From: Bugula neritina
Lineage: Eukaryota; Animalia; Bryozoa
DNA: 64,000 nt
Assembly: GCA_964035545.1 (NCBI GenBank)
Contig: OZ037772.1
Location: 434,001 to 498,000, forward strand
Reading direction: 5' to 3'
Both the position numbers and the translations under genes were made by a program. The notes under the pieces are model-generated. The model was not told where the DNA came from. It did no database searches and saw only the letters and a list, made by a program, of their open reading frames with translations. Shown here piece by piece: positions 28,671 to 41,200 of this stretch. Position 1 is the first letter of the stretch, and each line of letters begins with the position of its first letter.

Positions 28671-30859
28671 AACTAATACACTTGTTAGTCTAAATAACAA
28701 AAGAGGTTAAGAATATCCTTAACATAAAATTGTAACATTACTTACTGCAGCCAGTCTATATTATCGATATTTGTATCAATTAGTCAGTTTTCTAGACGTC
28801 CCCCCCCCCTAATATAATTATTACTGCTGCTATATCTTCTATGCTCCAATCGTCTTTAGCTGCTTTTATCTTCTTGTATATCTATCTCCATTCGTCATTT
28901 ATCATTCATCCTTTTTCTGTTTTCAGAAATTCGGCTCCTTTTGTACCAAATCTTTTTGGCAATGGTTCAGATTTTAAAGATACCGACAATAACTGGCCAA
29001 TGAAAACCAGCGGCAAACTGACGTAGAACTCGGTTAGGTATGTTGGCAGCCAAGATAGGGATTGACGTAAGAAGGATCTGTTGTTATTGGCTCATCTTTG
29101 TATATTGTGGGCTATATAATCAATAATTGTACAGCAATCCTTAATCTAAAAAATAACTTTAAAACTATAATATGATAAAATGTTATCAGTCGATGCTCAC
29201 GTGTTGACCTTTGTAACAGGCTGATCAATGTCAAAAAATTTATTAGGCGTTTGAAACATTATATCATCTAAATGTTGGTGTAAACAAATATTTACACATA
29301 TGTGTATCTCTATTTATGAACAGCATCTGCTATATGTTTCAGCTTTTTTATTCATTCCCATTTGTTCATCAATTAGTGTTTTATTTCAAAAGTCAATATT
29401 ACAAATTTCAACACATGATCATGGCATGTGGTACTATCCTAACACACAATTACTTATCTAAAAGCCACACTACTAAATAATACTATATATATATATTTAA
29501 TAATGCATTAAGCAATTTCTATGCAAGACCGAAATATTTAACTTACTCAAAACTTGTACATTTGAACTTTTAATTTCACTCAATTATTGGGCCTCATGCA
29601 TCATAAAACTTTTGAATGTGTTTTATATTCTTTCTTGAATGTTGTAGATAAACTGTAGTCTACATACCGTGGTGGAGCAGATATAAGAATTTATAATTGC
29701 ATCAACCCGTTGCAGCAGCCATCTTACTGGAAATCTCAAACAAACCTTAACATCGCCAAAGCCATATTTTTATTGCGAGCTGACAGAACATCTCAGATAC
29801 ACAACTTGTAAAGTACAGAAGTAAGAATTAAACACAAAGGACAGTATATGTATAATCAAGGCTACCGCTTTTTTAAAGAATTTTCTGAGAATAATGATAC
29901 AAATATTACCACTTCAGCTTAACAACTTATGACATAACGGTTACATTAGATATCATTTTGTAGATTTCATATTTGTCTGTGTTTTAGTACTGCCAAAGAT
30001 ATCACTTAGCACTAAATGGACAAAATTGCTTCTTTTAATGTTGGAGAAAGGCCATTATATATGAATTGGATAAAGAAACTAGTAAATTATTCAGTGTTAT
30101 AACTTATAATTAAACTTTGAACGAGCTTTGCTCTGATTGGTTTTTTCTGACTTATCGTAATATATATCTATATCTAGCCAGGGTTTTGTGCCTACATAGT
30201 AATGTACACTTCCTATGATAAGAGTAATTGAATGCAAATATAAATGAACATAATTTTTCTGATTTTAGTCTAGTTATGTTATAAGCATTAGATAACTTGT
30301 TTTTGAGACAGCGGGGTGAGAGCTTTGTAAAAAATTTAGCCTAATTAGAATTTCTGTAATAGATAAACGTTACTAGCTTCTTAACAATTCAATTGAAGTT
30401 GAGTAAAAATATACATCAGATTACCAGTTCAAAGTAAAAGACTTTGAAGGCTAATAACTTACTACGAGCATTTTAAACAAATAACAAGAGACTAAATTCA
30501 AAACCAATTTATAATTATTCTTAGCATATGACAAGTATGAATGTTACAGCTGCTCTTGTACAATGTACTTGTACAGCTCTTACTCATCCTAGTATGTTTA
30601 ACTGACATAGAATCCTTGTGTTTCTAGGGACTCCGCACATCGTTGGAGTGCAGAGGTCATCTCCAACAAAAGACTTTGAATTAAAGTGGATAAATAAAAG
30701 TAAGCGCTTGTAATGTTTTTCAGCTTTAATTAAAGTTCCCAAAATGTTATTGTTGGTAAGTTTCAGGCTCAAGAATAATCTTGTATTTTCTTATTAAAAA
30801 ACAAAAAGAGAAAAAAAAGAAAATAAGGGTCCTCAGTCGCAAAAACCAAAAGATAGCTT

Positions 30860-31481
30860 TTCCAGAGGTGTGGACATATTCAAAAGTTTCAAATTTGGAG
30901 AAGGAGAATCTATAGAGGTTCACAAGGATGTCCTAGAAAAATTTGACAACTTTTGTAAAAAGACCTCCAACAAAATAATCAAGAGACATCAACTGCTATC
31001 AATAGATGAGTATGTCACCAACTTACATTGTTTATGAGCTTGATAGCGATAAAACTTCACTCAATACCAGAGACATATTTTCAAATATTGTTTTTTTTGT
31101 GTTTGCAGGTAAAAGACCATTTCCATGTGATGTCTGTGGCAAGGCTTTCAAGCGCAGAAAAACCTGATAAAGAGGATAAAACAAAAATGGCCATTCTAAT
31201 GCGGACCATTAGACCCAGAGGTGTAGACATATTCAAAAGTTTCAAGTTTGGGGAAGGAGAATCTAAAGATGTTTACAAGGATGTCCTATATAGGAAAATT
31301 TGACAACTTTTGGAAAAAGACCTCCAACAAAATAATCAAAACACATCAACTGCTATCGACAAAACAAGAATGCTTATCAATAGATGAGTATGTCACCAAC
31401 AGCTTACATGGGATCGCCAGAAAATGTGACCTTGGTGACATGTATGATGTCTTTTTTATGCAGGCCTTTCTTTTTGGCATA
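30860..31481 (+). mobile_element. Two partial Ty3/Gypsy gag fragments (copies of 33565-33885)
   Basis: RGVDIFKSFKFGEGES..KFDNF..SIDEYVT..RKCDLG at 30862-31028 and about 31155-31481. Confidence 0.75.
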
Positions 31482-31795
31482 TATAATTTTGTATGCTCAC
31501 ATGGAACTATAGAAGGAAATGTCAGCTAGAAGCGGAAGGAAATGGAGGTCAAGGCCAGCAACGCAATATCAAGGTCAACTGGAAGAAAGTAGTTTTAGGT
31601 CACGACTTGTCATTCTCAATTATGGCGGCTAGTTTGAGCACACTTTTGAACTAAAAGAGGAAGGAGACAAGGAGACCACAGAACTCTCTGGGGAGGGAGG
31701 TAAAACACGCTTCAGCTACAAAGCAAGAGTTGAAAAGAGAAATAATTGGAAAAAGTTGAAATTTTACTCCATTTGATCCAAAATTAACAGATATC
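31482..31795 (-). repeat. Displaced copy of the probable terminal exon of the KIF14-like gene (matches 38252-38565)
   Basis: Near-identical sequence over about 310 bp. Confidence 0.85.
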
Positions 31796-32007
31796 AATAA
31801 GAGTTGCAATCACATGTTCTCCTGTAGTTTTCAGAACAAAAGGATGCTTTTGTTGAGCAGAGTCTTGAGCTTGGTGACTTGACAAAATTGCTTTGATCTT
31901 AGATAAGTCACAAAAGCATTTATGTGTAGTTAATCTGAATACTAATATAAGACAGTTATAAACTATATCTTAGTTTTAGGTCATATATAGTATGAAATTT
32001 TACAGAC

Positions 32008-32870
32008 ATGAAGAAACAACTAAAGGAGGTGCTGGATGGGCAGAAAAACTGATGGCTATAATCACTGATAGCCATAGTGGCAAAGACAATATAACTGAGC
32101 AGCTGGAGGAGCCGCTAAAAACAATACAAGAGTTTGAATCTCTTGAAGAACTTCTCCAATCCTCAAGAGAAAAACGTTCTGCTCTGGTACATAGTATACT
32201 ACTATATAATATAGATTGTATAGCTAGTTTAAAAACTTTTGGTGTATAACATGCAATATATAACATCCTGGCGTAGTTGATATTAGAATACAATTTCTAG
32301 TGAACTGTAGATTTTCAAGCTATAAAGTGTGTTTCTCTTATGGAATGTTTCTCATTAAAGTGTTAGAAAAAATATTTGCCCCACTGCAATAACACATTGA
32401 ATGTATTCATGTAAATTCATGCTATGAAATATAGGTGCATTAATGTTGTAAACAAAGTTTCTTTTCCAACTGGGAGGAAAAAACTGCGCAGATATGGTGA
32501 AAAGAGCCATGAGAAGAATAGGCACCAATGGGCTGTGGAGCCAATTCAGTATGAAGGGCAAAGCCCATAAACAACATAAAAAGCTGTCTCTAAAAATATA
32601 TTGAAATAAAATCTGTATCAAAACTTATCAAATCTCTGGGGCTGCATCAGCAGTTAAAATAGTTGTTGAGTTGTTGAGTTTAGAATAATTGCTCATCTAA
32701 AAATTTACTGCATTCACTAAGTTTTACTTTCTAATTATATTTTAGAAGCTCTGCTGAAAAGTAAAAGTAATAAAGAAATAGATATAGAGATTGAAGTATC
32801 GCTATTTTTGCCGCAGTGCCCTTATCAACTGGGAGGGGATAAGTATAAAAAGACAAGTTTGCAAGATGAG
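32008..32870 (+). pseudogene. DUF4806-like transposon-associated gene remnant
   Basis: Exon pieces PLKTIQEFESLEELLQSSREKRSAL, KFLFQLGGKNCADMVKRAMRRIGTNGLWSQFSMKGK and EIEVSLFLPQCPYQLGG. Motif recognised from memory. Confidence 0.55.
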
Positions 32871-32949
32871 GTTTTTGTTCTGTTGTTTTTCATTTTTCTA
32901 AACAAAATAAAGTAGCCATTACAGAGTTCGGTCTTGGATCGCAAACCTT

Positions 32950-33145
32950 TCACCAATGTTGTATGAAAACCATTTATGCAATGTTATGCAACACAACGTT
33001 TATGGAACGTTGGTGAAACTTTTTGAGATAAACGTTTGTTTTAAACGTTGTATATAGTACAAAAAAATGTGTCGACATTTAAACGTTTATTAAACATTTT
33101 GCCTAACATTTATACAACGTCATATCAATGTAAATTGTTAGTGGG
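32950..33145 (+). mobile_element. Right terminus of an EnSpm/CMC-like DNA transposon (AACGTT subterminal repeats, ends TGTTAGTGGG)
   Basis: Clustered AACGTT/AACATT motifs; left end not found in the window. Confidence 0.55.
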
Positions 33146-33479
33146 GTGATGGCTAAAGAACTATGGGGATATTTTGATGGCTCTATAACTGAACCTGAAG
33201 AATCAGCTAGTGCTATACTAGACTGACTATACAAAGAAATCAAGCAAGACTATGTCAATTATTGTACTAGCGATAATTTGCTATATCTCATAACCAGCTG
33301 CACAAAACCAAAGCAAGCAAGGGGCACTTTACAAAAACCCAGAATCAGAAAGCAAGTCAGGAAACTGACAGTGCCTTCCTCCTATCAAAAAGGGAGACAA
33401 CCAAATACTAACCAAAAAAATACTCAAACGGACACTTCATCTATAAAATTTGTCAAAATAAAAAATAGTTGTTGTAAAC

Positions 33480-34255
33480 ATGGCAACTGCGCAAGATGGT
33501 GCAGAGTTGTCCACCCAATGGTCCTGCTTCAAGGAAGAGTTCAACTATTATCTAATAGCCTCAGAAAAATCTGATAAAGAAGATAAAATAAAAATGGCCA
33601 TTCTAATGCGGACCATTAGACCGAGAGGTACGTAGACATATTCAAAAGTTTCAAGTTTGGGGAAGGAGAATCTAAAGAGGTTTACAAGGATGTCCTATAT
33701 AGGAAAATTTGACAACTTTTGTAAAAAGACCTCCAACAAAATAATCAAAAGACATCAACTGCTATCGACAAAACAGGAATGCTTATCAATAGATGAGTAT
33801 GTCACCAACTTACATAGGATCGCCAGAAAATGTGACCTTGGTGACATGTATGATGACTTTTTTATGCAGGCCTTTCTTCTTGGCATCAACAACACGAACA
33901 ACTTTGGAGAAAATTGTTCGAGGAGTCAGAAAACATAGACCTCAAAAAAGCTATTAAAAGTGCAAATTGGCTGTGAGCTCTCAGAGTGATATGAAGACTA
34001 TTAAAGCGGAAGGAGAATCAATTCATACACTTGGTCTCAAGGCCACTAAAGCAAACAAAAGTGTCAAACTGTACTTACGCACAACTGACAAGGAAGCGAA
34101 TAATCCTGCCAAGTCTAACTGTGGAAACTGTGGCAACTCATCTTCCTGAAAATGCTTACGGTAAACAGTGTAGTAACTGCAAGAAATCCAACCACTTCAG
34201 AGCAGTCTGCAGATCCAGGAAAAATGGCAGAATAAATGCAGTCACTGAACACATA
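33480..34255 (+). mobile_element. Ty3/Gypsy-type gag pseudogene with zinc knuckles
   Basis: MATAQD..QWSCFKEEFNYYLIAS..; CGNCG..H..AYGKQCSNCKKSNHFRAVCRS. Frameshifted; no pol or LTR recognised. Confidence 0.8.
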
Positions 34256-37200
34256 GCTAAAACATTAAAGCTTTAACTGCAACCGTTTTACCTTTTTAGG
34301 TTGAATGCAATAAAAAGAAGTGCAGTGTCAAATATACATGTAGCTTCAAGTAGACTTGCACTCATGGCAACTGAAAATCATGGACAATAATAGTTCTATA
34401 CTCAAAATACGTGCAGATAAGTCAGTAATAAGTCTGAAGTTGTGTTTATACCTCTCCTGAACAAAGTATTTATGTTTCAGTTAATAACACTCTTCAGAGT
34501 GCACCCTTAAATAGTTTTACTGAAACTCGGTGACATTTCAACTTGAATTTAAATGCTGACTAAAAATTTGGAAGGTATAAATGCAACTTGGCAAATATTA
34601 CCTAAAAACCCCATCTAATAAAATAGTTGTGAAGTTTTAGCTACATGCAACATTTTAATAGGCAAAATTACAATCACTCACCCTAGTGCTTACTAATCAC
34701 AAAACCTGGTTTGATAACCGGGAATTTTAAATAACAATTCATTTCATCAAGATTAGCATTAAAGTAAATTTTTTATGGCATTCTCACCAAATAAAGATTC
34801 GCTGTCATTGTCCAACTTTGCTCTTTTAATCAAATTATTAAAAGCACTTTGAACAATAGAAGCTGAGTCTACAAAAGAAGGAAGATGCATGTAAATACAA
34901 TTTTATATCTGAGTGTTATTCCGTGCATTTAATCCAAAAATGTTAATGAGAAAAACTGAAGGCTCTTGAGTGTGTGTTACAAAAATGTTATATAAAGCCT
35001 GAGATCATGCTTTAAAACGCTTTAAATATTGCATAATATATAATAAATCAAATAAGTACACTTTAAATATTGCATGATATATATTAAATCAAATAAGTAC
35101 AAGATCAAAATATATATCCATACTATGATTTATTATATGTTTAAATATACATGAAGTGCTAGCATAATGTAGCTAATATTTTATATTATGATCAGCCATA
35201 AGTGATCATTATAATTTTAAACAATGTATATGTTCGCAGTCTAAATACAATAAATAGATAGCTGTTGTCCATATTTTCAATGCAAGCTGATAAAAAATTG
35301 CCAGTGCAGAGTGTGACAGCCGATACTAGTTGCTGTATCAGCTGATAATTGTTGCTGCGTCAGCACGGGTGCTGGTTGGCACGGATGCCTATGTATTATG
35401 ATTCACTTAACAAAGAGTGAATGAATTGAGGACACAGATGCAGGCCCCAACTCTATTTTTTGTTTATTGCCAACAGTATATTTTCTAAGTTAGACTTAGA
35501 CTCGAACTCATACTGATGCTCATACTGTAACCTATAACCATGAGAATTACAAACATCATGTTAACTCAACATTAATTACACAGCTGACAAAACATTTAGT
35601 TAAATAAGTTCAGAACAAAAAATAATATAATACTTGATACTTACAATTAGGTATAGATTGCCTGCATCTTTAGCAGGAGGAAAATTGAGCTGCACTGACT
35701 CATTGAATAAAAATAGCCAGCAAATAGCTATCGCGAAAGCTTTCACAAATAGCTTTAATTTCACAATGGTTTTTGGAAAGCTGCCAAAACTCCTGCAACA
35801 CAGAGATCTATATATGGCCTTCAAAGCTGTTAACATATATTTCATAGAGTTCCAATCACCATTAAAACAAAGTTTGAGTATTTGTAGGCAATATAATTAC
35901 TGAACAGATATACTTTAAATATATATTAACGTAGGAGGTCTAACATTATTCTTAAAAACAAAGTAACAAAAGTAACAAGCTAAAGTTGCTTTCGAAACAA
36001 AATAATGATTTACAGGTATACATATTAAATTAAAATGTTTGGTATTAGATTACATCATATAGTTTTTTTGGTAAGCCTTATGCATGATTGTCTCCCCAAT
36101 CAACCAGAAGTAATATTATGCAGTTTGATGATTTTAGTTATTTAAAAAAGATAATTGTATTTTTAGTAAATTGTTACATGAAACAAAATTGCACATTTCC
36201 TCATAAATTTAACTACAGTTAAAACAACATTATTATTTTTTGGTAAGACTGGAAGAAATTAAAATAATACTCAACCTAAGAAGACACATACCTTTTGCTG
36301 TCTCCAACTTGCTGCTCAACTTTTCATTTTTGCTTCTGGTAGAAACAGGCATTTTTTCTAAGAATTTAGTTATATAGTGTTTAAAAGTACTATGGTTTCC
36401 CAGCAAGCTTTACCTTGCTGAAATGTAACTTTCCAGTGTCAGAATAGCAGGTTTGACAAAATTTCTTATTTATATACTGCTATAATAGTAACAAAGAAAA
36501 TTATCTGTTCCTGCAATTACTTCTACTAAGGTCTAGAGGGAGAGTGCATCCCTATAATTATGCAAGAGATAATAGACCCCTTGTAGTTCTGGGCCAAGTT
36601 TCTTTTCCTCTTCATAATAATCAGGAAGCTTAAGTAAGCTTAAAACTTTTCAATTTACTAAAAATGGCTGCCAAGAGTTGTACTTTAGTTTGAACCTTAT
36701 AAGAAAATCCTGGAACTAGCCAACTTCAAAAGCACTGTCATAATTATAAATTTTTTTGAAGAAGTTTACTCTCAAATACTGTATAACAAAGAAAAATCTT
36801 CAAGCTTTCTTGGTTTTGTGTTATCTCAGTACATGCAAAGTTTATAGTCTCTATGAGAGACCTTTTTTAACTGACTGAGCATAATAGCTGAAAATTTTGT
36901 CTGCTGTCACTACAACGTGAACTTTTATAATAGGAGATGTTAAAAAATGCTTGCAGCTTACTTTTGCAACTATAAATATTAGGCCCTGTAGCATATAAGA
37001 TACACCAAGTTCCGTTCACAATAAACCTAATGGGAATCAAGAGATATTAAATTCAAAGTTATTAACACATATTATTGAAAACTATTTATACATGTCTTAC
37101 TCTTTTTTTTGTGTAGGTAGTAAAATTATATGACTAGCAAGAAATTTAGATTTTGATATTCACCCATTGCGTGAACAATATTTTTTCTAACTAAATTAAT

Positions 37201-38269
37201 TTACTTGAAAAATTTTCAAAACAGGGAAACCAATTCAGCAACTAGTTCTAAAGTTTGAAAAAGGCATGTAGCACCAGTGCTACACAGGTCGTCTGTCTCT
37301 AAGAGTAACAATTCAGTTTAATTCCAATAGACCATGTAAAACTCAGCCAATCAGCGAAGTGTACCAGGTCAATGTCTTACCATTGTAACTGATATAAAAT
37401 TCTGCAAGTTCAATTGCAAAATGCATGCTTCTAAAAGCTAGTTGTGCAACTTTTTTTTATGCATTATTTAATTTCATATCTTAAATTGATGACTCTTGAA
37501 ACGAAAAAGGGCTGGAAAGCTACACAACTTTGAGACATTTCTCATACAGACAGCTGTTTTATAAGAAGTGTTTACATAAGAGTTGTGACCATTGACTATT
37601 ATAGACAGGGTTGTAAAAATGTGGACACAGTTTTAGGATTTCTTATTTTAGGAATCCAATATTTTAGTCATGTTATGATAGCATCAACTTAATAGCAAAA
37701 GCTTTGGTGGAATTTGAGATAATGCTTAATTACTACTCAAAGCAGAATAGTTTAGTATTTTTTTTAAAAAGAACATAATATTATATTTGTATTTTCTTAT
37801 AAATAGATGTTTATTATACATGCCGATCATAAAAGTCAACTCATTATATGGTACACAAAAATTATATCTGTAAATGAACATGTGCCTGCTACAGCTTAAG
37901 AATAAAAAAAATAAAATGAGAAGGAAACAAAACGTATTCAACTGGATGAGTCATCAGATGACATTGCTGTATAAAATGACGGATTAGGAAAGAGAAAGCC
38001 TGTGGAAACAAAGCAACACTGAACTACAATGTGGCTAACAAATACTAGGTCAGCAGAAATAATATCAAAACCAATGAATAAAATACCAAGAGGTGTAAAA
38101 TATCAATATAAGTACACATAGAAAAAATAGGTGATATACAGAATAAAAAGTAACAGTTTAATATTGATAAAGCTTTTCATTTTCACACAAACATAATATC
38201 TTCACAAGGCATTATTGTATATATAACGATTTGTATTAGAAGAGAGAAACAATATAATTTAGTATGCTC

Positions 38270-41200
38270 ACATGGAGCTATAGAAGGAAATGTCAGCTAG
38301 AAGAGGAAGGAAATGGAGGTCAAGGCCAGCACCGCAATGTCAAGGTCAACTGGAAGAAAGTAGTTTTAGGTCACGACTTGTCATTCTCAAACATGGCGGC
38401 TAGTTTGAGCACACTTTTGGACTAGAAAAGGAAGGAGGCGAGGAGACCACAGAGCTCTCTGGGGAGGGAGGTAAAACACGTTTCAGCTACAAAGCAAGAG
38501 TTGAAAAGAGAAATAATTGGAAAAAGTTGAAAGTTTACTCAATTTGATCAAAAGTGAACAGATATTATTAAAAAAAATTTCCAGAGATTTTAAAGCTGCT
38601 ATGCCAGGACAACTATAGCATATTATAATTATATTATAATAATCATATTACATAATATATTATATTGTTTATATGCCATATTACCATTATATTATATTAT
38701 AATCATACTATATTATAAATATGGTATATTATTATATTATATACTATCCATGTACATGACTTGCACCAAGTAGATGCCAAACGTTACCTTTTCTGTGTTG
38801 ACAGCTTGGGGCAAAACTCTTTTGGGTGGAAGGTCTGAAATAGATGGGGAAGAGATGATTCACCGCCCCTAGCAGAGGCGTGATGTCAGGAGAAAAATCT
38901 GAGGTCAAGTTACAACAATTTCTTCTCATGGTGTTGGCGGCTTTGAGAAAGATAGCTCTGTCGTACTCCTTGCCTGAAGACAGGAAAAGATCATTGTACT
39001 TCCATAAAGGAAACGTACATGAACTGTATCAGAAGGTCAAACTAACATATTATGTTAATGGTAATGGAAGATGTAACAATCTTATTGAGAATTGAAGGCT
39101 CTATTAATAGTAATCATTAGATATTTGAATTTGATTTGTGGGAGTCTAACGCACTCACCCTGAGTAAACATCAGTTTGAACAGAGCACTGAGGTTATCTC
39201 CAATACTGTTGAGACTAGCTATAGCCTGGGAGCACATATCATATTGCAGGCACGGGTCTATGTCGGTAGGTTTCCTCTTTAGCGTGGCAGTTGCCGGCAC
39301 CTGCACAACATGAAATAACTACCACCTGCTATCCGTTGACATATGTGAGACCAGTTGCTAGTGACATCAAATGACAGGTACTTGGTTAGCAAATTTATAC
39401 AAAGGTGAGAGTTCTACTGTCACTTGATCAAAGCTTCTGACACTCTTCGCCAAGTGTGACTCATAAATTATATATGACTTAGGCTAGCAGGTGAGCATGA
39501 GCTCATTTTATAAGCTATGTAGCTCAAAACTATGCAAGCATCCTACCATAAAGAGACACCACTACACCGCACCATTAGTATGAGAGTCTTCATAAGAACT
39601 AAAGCTACACTCAAGTCCCACCAGCATGATAGAATATGTCACATACACTTACTATTGCACATATAGTCTATGGATGAGAAGGTTGCAGTCAGCTTCTCTG
39701 TAGATGTATGGATACATTGAGCAAGGGCACCTTGGGCACATGCCATGGGCACATCTGTTGACAGCTGTCAAGTACATGGCAGTACATGTTGATGCACTGC
39801 CTCGTCTATGTTACCCAGCAGTGCCTGCAAACAAATATGGAAATATTACTTAGGAAATGAGCAGAATTCTTTTTATTTTAGAGATTTTACATATTCTTAC
39901 ATTAACAAAGGCATAAATTTTGAACATCTACATAAAATATTAGAGATATCTTAAATTTTTCTGCAAAATCTGTAAGTTGAACACCAAAAAAAAAGTTTCG
40001 GCCCAACATAAAATGTCAACCATTGGAGAATCTTCTGGCTCTATAAGTTTGTATCATGAGGATGTATTTAATACGATGTTACGTGATTATATGGAGTTGT
40101 CATCACAATACAAAATAGTGATAGTTTTGAGCAACAAGTCTTATATTATTATATGAACTTATGGAGAAACAGCATCTTGGGAACATAGGCTTTACATTAC
40201 TACATTACAATACATACACATGTATAACAGAAGTTGAACAAAATATTTTTATATTCCCATCCTAAAAATTTCAATATTTTTGAAGTCAGTTGGGTTCTAC
40301 CTTTTATATGTACACTGTTCAGTGGAATGCTATTCTAAACAAAGAAAGTGTTATTTACACTCATTAATTTTAGTTGCTAAGAGAGCTAAAGTTGCAGATA
40401 ATTCTTTTCCTTTCAGATAAAACGTGTTACATATGCATATGAATATGTTCAACTGATGATAGCAATTAAAATACAAATACCTTGCAACATAAAATAACAC
40501 AACACTTGCAAAAAACTGCTTACAATAGAATTTGCAGTTCTAACTGTAATATTGAGTCTACCCTGTGGTACTGTAGTGTAATGGTAGCACGCCAGCGGGT
40601 GGAAAAGTTTTTAATCAAGTTTTGGGTTTGAAAAGAAATTAGGACTCACCTGCTGACGCTGCCTTAATGTAGCTCTTCAAAATGCTGCCAGCAGAGATTC
40701 TACACAACTCACACTGCTGCAGTATGCAGTCAAACACCTTCCTGCTCCCTGCATTGGTTGCTATAAACAGTACAGAGCTACACGTATGAGATAAGAGTGG
40801 ACTAACAGAGTAGTCTCTGAGAATTTATACAAGGTATATGATCAGAGAGGAGATTATTCCAAAACAGCCGAAACTAGGTTGGTGCGAAAATAATCCGACT
40901 TAATTATTGACTTTAGTAGTAATGACTTCATTAGCAATGACTCAATTAGCAATGACTCAATTAGCAATGACTCGATTAGCAATGACTCAATTAGTAATGA
41001 CTTAAATATAGTAATGACTTAATTAGTGACGACTGCAACTTATATAGTAATGGCAGTATTAGCAATGATTTAATTAGTAACAGCAGTAATAGCAATGACT
41101 TCTGCTTTAGTAATTGAAATTTTTGTAAAACAATTGACAAACAATTGAGTGAAGACAAAAAGCAGAAAAAATAACCGAATACCTTTTTTTTTGTAGACTG

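Noticed and set aside
29640-30710. Plus-strand exon-like pieces downstream of a CpG patch at about 29.0 kb
   Set aside because: Donor sites are visible, but there is no coherent or recognisable protein.
35600-36850. Exon-like minus-strand fragments
   Set aside because: No recognisable family, with stops in the plausible frames; cannot support a call.
40565-40600. tRNA gene (TGTAGTGTAATGGTAGCACG)
   Set aside because: Only an A-box/D-arm-like piece; no T-arm or acceptor stem.
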